Shown: one piece after another, positions 53,604 through 61,198 of the stretch
Position numbering within the stretch: the first letter of the stretch is position 1
Layout of the letters: each line of letters opens with the position of its first letter
From: Planctomycetota bacterium
Lineage (GTDB): Bacteria; Planctomycetota; UBA11346
DNA length: 61,198 nucleotides
NCBI GenBank assembly: GCA_043775355.1
Contig: JAYVSL010000172.1
Location: 1-61,198, forward strand
Direction: 5' to 3'
Made by a program: the position numbers and the translations under genes
Notes under the pieces: model-generated
What the model saw: only the letters and a program-made list of their open reading frames with translations
What the model was told of the DNA's origin: nothing
Databases searched by the model: none

Positions 53604-54806
53604 ATGGCCCTGATTCAACGCATTCCTTACGCTGAGGTACCGTGGGGCTGGTTGGCACTCACGGTTGCGCTGACCACCATGGGTGTGTCGTTTGTCATTA
53701 GCGCCTGTTACGATCCTAACGCTGCTTACGGTCTTGGTGAAGAAGCACGCAAACAAATCACCTGGTGGGCGGTTAGCGTCACGATTTGCCTCACCGCGAT
53801 GCATGTGCCCTTTGCTCTTTGGCGACAATTAGCGATCCCGTTATTTCTTGCCGGAATAATGCTAGAATTGTTCATGCTGGTCGCTGCTGGCACGGTCATC
53901 GTGCCGACTATCAAGGGACAAGCGAACTGGTTGGTGCTGGGACCACTACGCGTTCAGCCGGTTGAATTTATTAAACTCGCTACCTTGTTGGGTTGCGCAC
54001 GACTCGTCGCCAGCCCGGATTTTCAAGCCACGCGACTCCTCCATCTTGCCGGCGGACTTGGCTTAGCCGCGATTCCTTCATTACTTTTTGCGCGCTCGGA
54101 CATGGGCAGTGCGCTCACCTTTCCACCGATGATTTTCGGCATGCTGTTGGCCATGGGCATGCGCATCATGCACTTCGTCGTCATCACCATGACATGCCTC
54201 ATCTTGGGCATTGGTTTTTTCAAAGTGTTGACGACGGAAGCGTCCGAAGGCTCTCAGGTACGAAAATTCCAAGAGACGCTATTGCCACGAAGCGGACCAA
54301 AATCTTACCAATACAAGCGCATTCAAGCGTGGCTCAATCCCGATGAATACGCCTTAACCGAAGGCTATCAAACCGCGCGCAGTGTACGCTCCATCGGCTC
54401 AGGTCAGTTCTTAGGCAAAGGTTATTTAGAAGGTGATCAGAACCGCCTTGGTTGGTTACCAGAAAAACATACCGACCTGATCTTCGCCGTCGTTGGCGAG
54501 GAAGTTGGTTTCCTCGGTTCAGCCTTTGTACTCGCGCTCTTTCTTTCCTTCGCCTGGGTCGGCTTACACACCGCCGCCATGTGCCGCGATCCCTGTGGAC
54601 GAGCGCTGATCATCGGCTTTGTCTGCCTCATCATCGGCCAGTGTTCGATCAACCTCGCCGTGGCCATGGGTTTAATGCCGGTAACCGGCATCACGCTGCC
54701 ATTTTTTAGTTACGGCGGATCGAGCCTGCTCGCCTGTCACTTGGGTTTAGGTATTTGCCTATCAGCAGCGCTCGCACCACGGCGCGAATCGACGCGCATG
54801 AACTGA
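53604..54806 (+). CDS. SEDS-family peptidoglycan polymerase (RodA/FtsW)
   Basis: 400 aa with about 10 TM helices and the conserved loop RSIGSGQFLGKGYLEGDQNRLGWLPEKHTDLIFAVVGEEVGFLG. Confidence 0.88.
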   Translation: MALIQRIPYAEVPWGWLALTVALTTMGVSFVISACYDPNAAYGLGEEARKQITWWAVSVTICLTAMHVPFALWRQLAIPLFLAGIMLELFMLVAAGTVIVPTIKGQANWLVLGPLRVQPVEFIKLATLLGCARLVASPDFQATRLLHLAGGLGLAAIPSLLFARSDMGSALTFPPMIFGMLLAMGMRIMHFVVITMTCLILGIGFFKVLTTEASEGSQVRKFQETLLPRSGPKSYQYKRIQAWLNPDEYALTEGYQTARSVRSIGSGQFLGKGYLEGDQNRLGWLPEKHTDLIFAVVGEEVGFLGSAFVLALFLSFAWVGLHTAAMCRDPCGRALIIGFVCLIIGQCSINLAVAMGLMPVTGITLPFFSYGGSSLLACHLGLGICLSAALAPRRESTRMN

Positions 54807-54816
54807 ACCTAAAACG

Positions 54817-56391
54817 TCAGCCGACGTCTTTGGAGTCGCTCGATGTGCGGCGGAATAAACGATTCGGAACGTAATTCCAAAACGATGTGCGACGGCGAAT
54901 GACTTTTCCATCGGCTTCCGTTTCGCCACGGAAGCGGTCAGTGCTTGGCGCTAGGGTGTCAAGAATGTCGCCGAGTAATTCCAGGAGTTCTTCCCAACTC
55001 TGCACGCGATTCGATGGATCGCGTGCCATCATTGACATGATTAATTGACTGACGCGTCGTTCGACTTTGGGATTGACCAGATGCGGTGGGATCGGCGCTT
55101 CGCTCAAACGTTTAACCATTAATTGAACGGGGTCGGGATCATTAAATGGCGTACGTCCGGTTACCGCGTGATAAAGCGTTGCGCCCAATGAGTAAATATC
55201 ACTGCGGTGATCGCATGCCGCGCGGCCGCCCTGTACTTGTTCAGGCGCGATGTAGCTTGGGGTTCCTGCAATCGTTCCGTTGCCAAACAATCGATCGATC
55301 TCGCCTTGCGCGAGAGATGACTTCGCCAACCCAAAATCGGCGATTTTGACCTGTTGATCGCGTGTCAGCAAAATGTTTTCTGGTTTAATGTCGCAGTGTA
55401 CGACGTTCAACATGGCATGGGCATAACCCAAGGCCTCTGCCGCCTGGCAGATCATCGGTAGCGCTTCTTCGGTACTGAGCGTGCGACGTTCGCGGATAAG
55501 GCGCGAAAGCGGCTGACCATCGACCAGCTCTGCTACCAAATGCGGCCAGCGGCCGTAATCGGTAAAGTCGAATATTCGTAAAATATTCGGGTGATTCAGG
55601 CGAGCGAGCAAACGGGCTTCGTTGGTCGTCAACTGACGATGACTCGCCGCGTCGTCGTGTTCTTGCATCAACACTTTCAACACCACGTCGACGTTCATCG
55701 AACGATGACGAGCGCGATACACAATCGAACTGGCACCGCGGCCGATCTCAGCCAGTAGTTCACATTTGCCCAACACCGCGCCAGGTTCTGGTGGCAAGAA
55801 AGCCGCCGCACGAATAGTGCTCGGTCCATCCATGCCATTTTCCACGGGAAAACTGGCACTCACCGCCGCCGAAAGGCCTGAATGAATACCCGCTTCCGTT
55901 GCGCGATAAGTCGACGTGGGGATGGACTCACACGTTTCGCTTGAACCCGCGTGCGCTGCACGTGGTGTTTCTGGTGCTGCGCACGGGACGGAAGTAACGT
56001 CGGTCGGCAAATCCGTGTCAGCCGCTGATGGAGTCGCAGGACCTGCGTCTTCCAACATGGCTTCGACCGTACTCAGTATGAGGGCCGTATCTTTAAAAAT
56101 GTTGCGCGCATAACCGACCACCGTGTGCGCGGTGGCTAATTCAAAACGAAATGTTGCCCGGCCAATCATGATAATACGACTGAGCGCTTGAGCACCGCTG
56201 AGCTCATTGAAAAACGCCGCACGAAGAACACCGCCATCGAGACAAATCGACCCGCGGTTTCGTTGGGCATCAAGATGCAAAACACCACTGGCGCAAATTC
56301 GATGCAGCATCTTTAACAGATCCAACAATTCGCGCCCCATGACCGTGCCATGAAACCGTTCATCATCAGCGCGAAGTTGTGTCACAGTCAT
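54817..56391 (-). CDS. Ser/Thr protein kinase with N-terminal DUF4388 (PATAN-like) domain
   Basis: The N-terminus GRELLDLLKMLHRICASGVLHLDA...GSICLDGGVLRAAFFNELSGAQAL is DUF4388-like. Kinase motifs: GRGASSIVYRA, VVLKVL, VHCDIKPENILL, IADFGLA, GTPSYIAPE. Confidence 0.85.
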   Translation of the reverse strand: MTVTQLRADDERFHGTVMGRELLDLLKMLHRICASGVLHLDAQRNRGSICLDGGVLRAAFFNELSGAQALSRIIMIGRATFRFELATAHTVVGYARNIFKDTALILSTVEAMLEDAGPATPSAADTDLPTDVTSVPCAAPETPRAAHAGSSETCESIPTSTYRATEAGIHSGLSAAVSASFPVENGMDGPSTIRAAAFLPPEPGAVLGKCELLAEIGRGASSIVYRARHRSMNVDVVLKVLMQEHDDAASHRQLTTNEARLLARLNHPNILRIFDFTDYGRWPHLVAELVDGQPLSRLIRERRTLSTEEALPMICQAAEALGYAHAMLNVVHCDIKPENILLTRDQQVKIADFGLAKSSLAQGEIDRLFGNGTIAGTPSYIAPEQVQGGRAACDHRSDIYSLGATLYHAVTGRTPFNDPDPVQLMVKRLSEAPIPPHLVNPKVERRVSQLIMSMMARDPSNRVQSWEELLELLGDILDTLAPSTDRFRGETEADGKVIRRRTSFWNYVPNRLFRRTSSDSKDVG

Positions 56392-56657
56392 AGGAGGAGA
56401 TAGCCGTCGTGGTTAATCGTTGTAGGCGTTCAGATACATCTGGGTCATGTGCTGATGTTCATGATCCTAGATCGACCATCAAGCACGCCACAAAAAAATC
56501 CTACTGCGACTTGGGGCACCGAGCTTTTGCCAAGACACGGCAGGCCAGTATCGATAGATGACTTCATTTTTCCGCCGGTTTGCAGGTAGATATCGTGATC
56601 TCGCCCATCTAAAGCCTTCGACAGATACGGGCCCTTGGCAGCCGAAAATCCCCGCCC

Positions 56658-57122
56658 ATGTTTCCGCACGGAGCCTTTATGCCCGAACGCAACGTTATGG
56701 TACGGTTACATCGCACTGATGACCCCACCCAACGTGCTTGGATTGCCATGCAGGTGAGTTCTTGTGACGACCCCAGGCAAGTGCAAATCGACATCGATCC
56801 ACTGCACGGCGTGCGCAGCGATCCCACCTGCTTCCTGCATTTACCCTCAGAAAACGAAGCCAAAGTGCTGAAGTCCGAAATCGTTGGCGGAGTGCTGATG
56901 GCGCGCAAACAACTTGGAAAAATCGGCTTTCGCGTGCGCTTGCTGACCCTCGGCGGCAGTATCGGCGATGATCCGCGGGTGAGCCAAGTTCCTTCCGTCG
57001 CATTTGCCGTTGGCGCCCATGTGGCAGTGGTCGAGGTTATCGGCAGCGAAGACCAACGCGCAGACCTCAAAGGCGGCTTTGGGTGGCGGGTGAACGCCAT
57101 CGAACCATTCAGCGAACTCTAA
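56658..57122 (+). CDS. hypothetical protein (strand choice uncertain)
   Basis: The plus-strand 154-aa ORF has a more protein-like composition than the overlapping minus-strand 163-aa ORF, which is Ser/Arg/Cys/Trp-rich. No motif recognised. Confidence 0.35.
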   Translation: MFPHGAFMPERNVMVRLHRTDDPTQRAWIAMQVSSCDDPRQVQIDIDPLHGVRSDPTCFLHLPSENEAKVLKSEIVGGVLMARKQLGKIGFRVRLLTLGGSIGDDPRVSQVPSVAFAVGAHVAVVEVIGSEDQRADLKGGFGWRVNAIEPFSEL

Positions 57123-57275
57123 GAAGCTGTCTGGAAACCGGAGAATGACATGGAGGACCGGAGAACCGGAGAAGCCAAAAGCCAAGAATCAGCGTGGAAT
57201 ACATGATTGAGAATCCGATCATTCTCCGGTCCTCCGGTCCTCCATGTCTGATTTCGCCTTTTCCAGACAGCCTCT
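57122..57275. repeat. palindromic intergenic element, copy 2 (termini AGAAGCTGTCTGGAAA ... TTTTCCAGACAGCCTCT)
   Basis: Same 16-nt left terminus as at 1761. Internal 27-bp arms GACATGGAGGACCGGAGAACCGGAGAA (57147-57173) and 57222-57248 pair with one mismatch. Confidence 0.65.
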
Positions 57276-57296
57276 AAGCCCAGCGCGACCGACCAC

Positions 57297-58898
57297 TCAC
57301 AGGATTTCGCGCACCAGGCGCTGCACTTGTTCAAGGCGAAAAGGTTTGGCCAACACCGGGAATCCGGTGTCCTTGCGAATGCGGTCGAGCGTATGCACAT
57401 CGTTCGCACCGGTGAACACCGCGACGTGGCCAGCAAGCCCAGGTTGCCGGGCGATTAACATACGTAACACATCAAGCCCAGAACTCCGCTCCAGATGGAA
57501 ATCGGCGATGACCGCGCGGATGGGCTGACGAACTAACGCCTCACTGGCCTGTTCCGCGGTAGAAACCACTAACACTTGAATACCTTCGTCACGCAGACAG
57601 TCGCTGATAAGTTCGGTAATCATGGGGTCATCATCGACCACGAGTACCAAACCACTTTCAGGATGAGGTTGCGTCATTTGACTTGCTACCGGCAGCGCGC
57701 CCGACAACGGCAACGAAACGGTGACCACCGCGCCAGCAACACCATCTACACGACGATCCAATCCAATGGCTCCTTCCTGATCTCGCAACAACGCAGAAAC
57801 CATCGCCAAGCCCAAGCCACGATGACCTCGATCAGCCCGCGTGGTGAAAAATGGACGAGTCGCATTTCGAATCGCTTCATCGTCAGGAGTCAGGCCATCA
57901 TTCGTCAGTAATAAACGTACTCGACCATCGCTGATGGTCGCCGACAATACGCACGTTTTGGCGCCAGCTAAACGCGCGTTATCCAGCACCTGTTCGAACA
58001 CGCGGGTCAAAGAACGTGGCGCCGCAATAACTGGCGGAAAATCACCATCAAGGCGAATTTTCGGCACTGCCGTACCGGCTGCCTTCAAGCGTAATACCGA
58101 CTGTTCGATAATCAGCGCCGGATCACAGGGAACCGGGGATTCATCCAACGGCGTTGCCAGATTTCGCAATTGTTCGACCAAACCACGACAGCGTTCGACC
58201 TCGGTCAGAATCACATCTAAACGCTGACCCGCATCAAGGTCGCTGCCCAGACGGCGCTTCAGCCGTTGACTATACCCAAGAATCGCAGCGAGCGGATTAT
58301 TAAGTTCATGCGCCAAGCCACGAGCAATATGTGAAACCGTCGACTGCGTTTCGAGGCGCACCATTTCTACCTGCTGTTCACGCAATTGATCCAACGTCTC
58401 GCGTAAGCTGGCGGTGCGTTCTTCGACCATGCTTTCGAGTTGTTGATTGAGCAGTTCCAGATCGGCGTTGCGACCGGCTAGTTCGCGAGCGAGCTGACGA
58501 TTGTGGCGGCGCAGAAGTGAGGTTTCGCAACCTTGATTTAACAACGAAATCAAATGCTCAGACGTCCATGGCTTTACTAAAAATGCATCGATAAGCCCCT
58601 GATTAATCGCGGATACTGCAAATTCTAAATCCGCCGCGCCGGTGAAAATAATACGAAAACAGTCAGCGTCGCGCTCGCGTAAATACGCCAATAAATCAAG
58701 ACCGGTGGGCTCATTCAATCCCAGATGTTGGTCAATCAGGGCTACTTCAATTTCATTTTTTTCCATCACCTGTTTGGCTTCGGCGACGTTCGCACACAAC
58801 CGTAGCGAAAACTGTGGACCGAGATCCAAACGACCGAGTGCCTTGAGTACATTCGCGTCGTCGTCGACCACCAGCACAATGCCAACCGGAAGAATCAT
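57297..58898 (-). CDS. hybrid histidine kinase: REC - coiled coil - HisKA - HATPase_c - REC
   Basis: N-terminal REC (VLVVDDDANVLKAL...ALIDQHL...LVKPW). H-box SHIARGLAHELNNPLAAI. ATPase boxes (GHRGLGLAMV). C-terminal REC (VLVVDDDPMITELI...VIADFHL). Confidence 0.85.
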   Translation of the reverse strand: MILPVGIVLVVDDDANVLKALGRLDLGPQFSLRLCANVAEAKQVMEKNEIEVALIDQHLGLNEPTGLDLLAYLRERDADCFRIIFTGAADLEFAVSAINQGLIDAFLVKPWTSEHLISLLNQGCETSLLRRHNRQLARELAGRNADLELLNQQLESMVEERTASLRETLDQLREQQVEMVRLETQSTVSHIARGLAHELNNPLAAILGYSQRLKRRLGSDLDAGQRLDVILTEVERCRGLVEQLRNLATPLDESPVPCDPALIIEQSVLRLKAAGTAVPKIRLDGDFPPVIAAPRSLTRVFEQVLDNARLAGAKTCVLSATISDGRVRLLLTNDGLTPDDEAIRNATRPFFTTRADRGHRGLGLAMVSALLRDQEGAIGLDRRVDGVAGAVVTVSLPLSGALPVASQMTQPHPESGLVLVVDDDPMITELISDCLRDEGIQVLVVSTAEQASEALVRQPIRAVIADFHLERSSGLDVLRMLIARQPGLAGHVAVFTGANDVHTLDRIRKDTGFPVLAKPFRLEQVQRLVREIL

Positions 58899-59746
58899 GG
58901 CGTTTTTTCCTGGGCTTTTTCCTGGTTCTTGTTCAGCGAAATGACCGTCATGACCACGCCACGTTCACCAAGCGCCATCACCTCCACTCGTAGCGGACCG
59001 AGTGAACCGTCAACCACTAGCTGACTCCCGCTCACGAGCGCTGCTTGGGACCATTCCCACAGCGGAGAGTGTGTGCCGACGACCGGCATTTCACCCGGCA
59101 TAAGATCCGGAAACATGCGCCGAGCCAATGCATTCGCCAACGCCACTTGGCCGTCAGGAGCAATGCCAACCACCGCGACCGGCAAGCCATCAAGGACTTC
59201 TTGGCTGAGGCTCAGCGCTCGATTACGCAACTCTAAAGCGGTCGTGCGTTCGCTGACGCGGTTCTCTAATTCAGCATTAAAGCGTTTGAGCTGCTGATTT
59301 TTTTCTTCGGCCTGGTGCGCCAGCATGCGGTTGTTGCGCAACAACTGCCAACGCTCAACTCCTTGGCGGACCGCTTGCAGCAGCTCGTCATCATTCCATG
59401 GCTTGGTGATAAAACGGTAGACCTCACCACCATTTACCGCGCGACGCAGCAGCTCTAGGTCAATGTGCCCGCTGAACAGAATGCGGCTGGCATCCGGGCA
59501 ACGCTCACGCGCCTGCCGCAAAAGATCGACTCCGCCGATTCCACCCAGATCATAATCGGTTAACACCACTGCGGTTTCTGCCTGACCCAACAAGGTCAGT
59601 GCTACCTCTGCCGATGGCGCGGTTACTAAATCATAGGATTCAAAAGCCAGCAGCCGCGTCAAAGAACGCAAAATCGGCGGTTCATCGTCGACCAACAAAA
59701 TTCGTACTGCCGCCGTCACGACAACCGCGCTCCGGCTCCCTGCCAA
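58895..59746 (-). CDS. response regulator: REC - coiled coil - PAS-like domain, no recognisable output
   Basis: RILLVDDEPPILRSL...VLTDYDLGGIGG...ITKPW, then a heptad region and LDGLPVAVVGIAPDGQVALANALARRMF (PAS-like). The start possibly lies downstream of 59746 because of a 31-nt overlap with the kinase gene. Confidence 0.78.
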   Translation of the reverse strand: MAGSRSAVVVTAAVRILLVDDEPPILRSLTRLLAFESYDLVTAPSAEVALTLLGQAETAVVLTDYDLGGIGGVDLLRQARERCPDASRILFSGHIDLELLRRAVNGGEVYRFITKPWNDDELLQAVRQGVERWQLLRNNRMLAHQAEEKNQQLKRFNAELENRVSERTTALELRNRALSLSQEVLDGLPVAVVGIAPDGQVALANALARRMFPDLMPGEMPVVGTHSPLWEWSQAALVSGSQLVVDGSLGPLRVEVMALGERGVVMTVISLNKNQEKAQEKTP

Positions 59747-60591
59747 TGACGCAACTCAACCGTGAATCGGGCTCCTCCTAACTCTGGGCTAGCGTCACAG
59801 CGAACCTTGCCGCCGTGATTACGCGCAATCCGCTGGACGATTGGCAACCCCAGCCCAGTTCCTGTCGCCTTGGTGGTATAGAAACTGGTGAATATTTTCT
59901 CCCACAAATGCTGCGGTATTCCACCTCCGCTATCTTCCACAGTCAGTGTAACCATACCATCGCGGCACTGTGTGGAGACGCGCAGCTGACCACCTGCGCT
60001 GCTGATGGCTTGGACAGCGTTGTGCGCCAGATTAATAACCAGCTGAATGATTTGTGAACGCACCATCAAAATTCCATCTTGGCAATTCAGCCGACGCTCC
60101 ACCTGACAACGGTGCTTGAGCTGATGCGCCAGCACGGTTAGCGCAGAATTTACGCACTGATCTACGCATCCTTGTTCGGGACTAATCGATGTACGGGCCA
60201 GCAATTTAAGATCTCCAACCACGTTTTTCAGATGCTCGGCACCTTCACGGGTCTCGTCCACCACCGCGGCTAAATCATCGCGAATGGTCGACCAGCGCAC
60301 TGAATTCAATGACTGATGCCATTGAGCACGGCGTTCGGGTTCCATAAATTCGTCGGCTTGCGCCATCAGCGTCGATACAATATCGACATAACGCCGCAGC
60401 GTATTCAGATTACTACTAATGTAACCAATGGGATTATTGAGTTCGTGAGCAATTCCGGCGGTCAATTCACCCAGGCCCGCCATACGTTCACGGTGAATGG
60501 TTTCCGTGCCGAAACCATCAGGCCGCTTCGTTCCCATCGAGGAAGTTGCGGCCGACGGATCTTGTGGCGAAAGATCCGGTTCTTGAATCAC
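59716..60591 (-). CDS. soluble sensor-less histidine kinase (HisKA + HATPase_c only)
   Basis: H-box LTAGIAHELNNPIGYI about 60 aa from the N-terminus. N box LVINLAHNAVQA. G boxes DSGGGIP and GTGLGLPIV. No TM or sensor domain. Confidence 0.85.
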   Translation of the reverse strand: MIQEPDLSPQDPSAATSSMGTKRPDGFGTETIHRERMAGLGELTAGIAHELNNPIGYISSNLNTLRRYVDIVSTLMAQADEFMEPERRAQWHQSLNSVRWSTIRDDLAAVVDETREGAEHLKNVVGDLKLLARTSISPEQGCVDQCVNSALTVLAHQLKHRCQVERRLNCQDGILMVRSQIIQLVINLAHNAVQAISSAGGQLRVSTQCRDGMVTLTVEDSGGGIPQHLWEKIFTSFYTTKATGTGLGLPIVQRIARNHGGKVRCDASPELGGARFTVELRHWQGAGARLS

Positions 60592-61067
60592 ACAATCTTC
60601 TTGAGACTAACTTCCAAACAAAACTTTCCGATTTCAGAGGCGAAAGATACCACCAAACATGGGACTGCTTTGTTCTGTGCGGTAATATAACTGCGGCCGG
60701 TAACGATCTTCGGCAAACCAATCTCGAATTTATAGCCTTTCTGTACTAAGCGATTCTTGGCATCGCCGGCGATGATGTTGGTCAACTCACCGACACCGTC
60801 GACCACGCCTGAAGTGATGCTGGTGAAATCTTCGCCAACGAATTTGCCGACCACTTTAATGGCAACCGCTTCGGGAAAATTGAGCACCACCGCGCCGGTG
60901 GCCTCACCACCAAGACCAATGATACCACTCACGCCATAGGTGTCTTCGCCATCGCCCTTCAAATACACCCGATCACGTGTCGGCGTCATCCCCGCCATGG
61001 TCGTAAAGGTATGGGTCACCGCTTCGATGAAGGGGTTGATGTAGTCCACATTGATGCCATGGCTCAT
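60588..61067 (-). CDS. cheX: CheX-type CheY-P phosphatase (CheC/CheX/FliY family)
   Basis: The internal ATG at 61067 gives 159 aa starting MSHGINVDYINPFIEAVTHTF. There is a single active-site motif D-x3-E-x2-N-x21-P (VVDGVGELTNIIAG...IGLP), as in CheX. The stop overlaps the kinase start. Confidence 0.8.
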   Translation of the reverse strand: MSHGINVDYINPFIEAVTHTFTTMAGMTPTRDRVYLKGDGEDTYGVSGIIGLGGEATGAVVLNFPEAVAIKVVGKFVGEDFTSITSGVVDGVGELTNIIAGDAKNRLVQKGYKFEIGLPKIVTGRSYITAQNKAVPCLVVSFASEIGKFCLEVSLKKIV

Positions 61068-61198
61068 AACGAATCCTTGTTGTCGACCTGGAAGGTACCT
61101 CACGACTTTCCTAGCCGCAAGACGGAGAGTTCTTTTCGTCACAGCGCATGCCGCAAATCCTTTGTCGACTTGCCTAGCGCCGTGCCGGACCACGCTGC

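Noticed and set aside
56609-57100. 163-aa minus-strand ORF overlapping the 56658-57122 plus-strand ORF
   Set aside because: It is rich in Ser/Arg/Cys/Trp/Thr and has no motifs. The plus-strand frame looks more protein-like, but neither is strongly supported. Only the plus-strand frame is listed, at low confidence.

Overview
This is a 61.2-kb chromosomal window. By eye it is about 55-60% GC with clear compositional mosaicism. Gene content suggests a PVC-group bacterium, probably Planctomycetota; this is inference only. The supporting genes are a BatA_N/vWA membrane pair, an FGE-sulfatase-domain protein, a DUF1570-like HEXXH protein, an NPCBM protein and several Ser/Thr kinases, together with weak Shine-Dalgarno signals. 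Housekeeping genes are gnd, tRNA-Ser(GCU), 5-formyl-THF cyclo-ligase, cysE, a MoeZ-type adenylyltransferase, gyrB, a polyprenyl synthase, an RluA-family pseudouridine synthase and a SEDS (RodA/FtsW) protein. Accessory and regulatory content includes a CusBA-type metal efflux operon with two YHS/TRASH-like Cys proteins, a 29-bp perfect hairpin between the adaptor and pump genes, and an enlarged CusA. There is also a decayed patch (transposase fragment, 14-bp tandem array, truncated response regulator, truncated kinase, orphan MBG adhesin fragment), a porin / binding-protein / MCP module whose MCP looks compositionally foreign, a high-GC FGE plus double-GT4 block, and a CheX-HK-RR-hybrid HK operon. 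The most interesting locus is 26416-33589 on the minus strand. It is a flagellar-type MotA/MotB stator with no other flagellar genes in the window. It is co-oriented with four tightly coupled upstream genes: a small helical protein, a secreted coiled-coil protein, a periplasmic TPR protein with an STN-like module, and a 709-aa single-pass membrane protein. The cytoplasmic half of that last protein carries about 10 tandem copies of the FliM-type CheY-binding peptide (xQD[DE]IDALI/L). I interpret this as a candidate undescribed stator-scaffold / CheY-docking system. Everything here is read by eye from the sequence and ORF track. No searches or computations were run, and family calls rest on recognised motifs.
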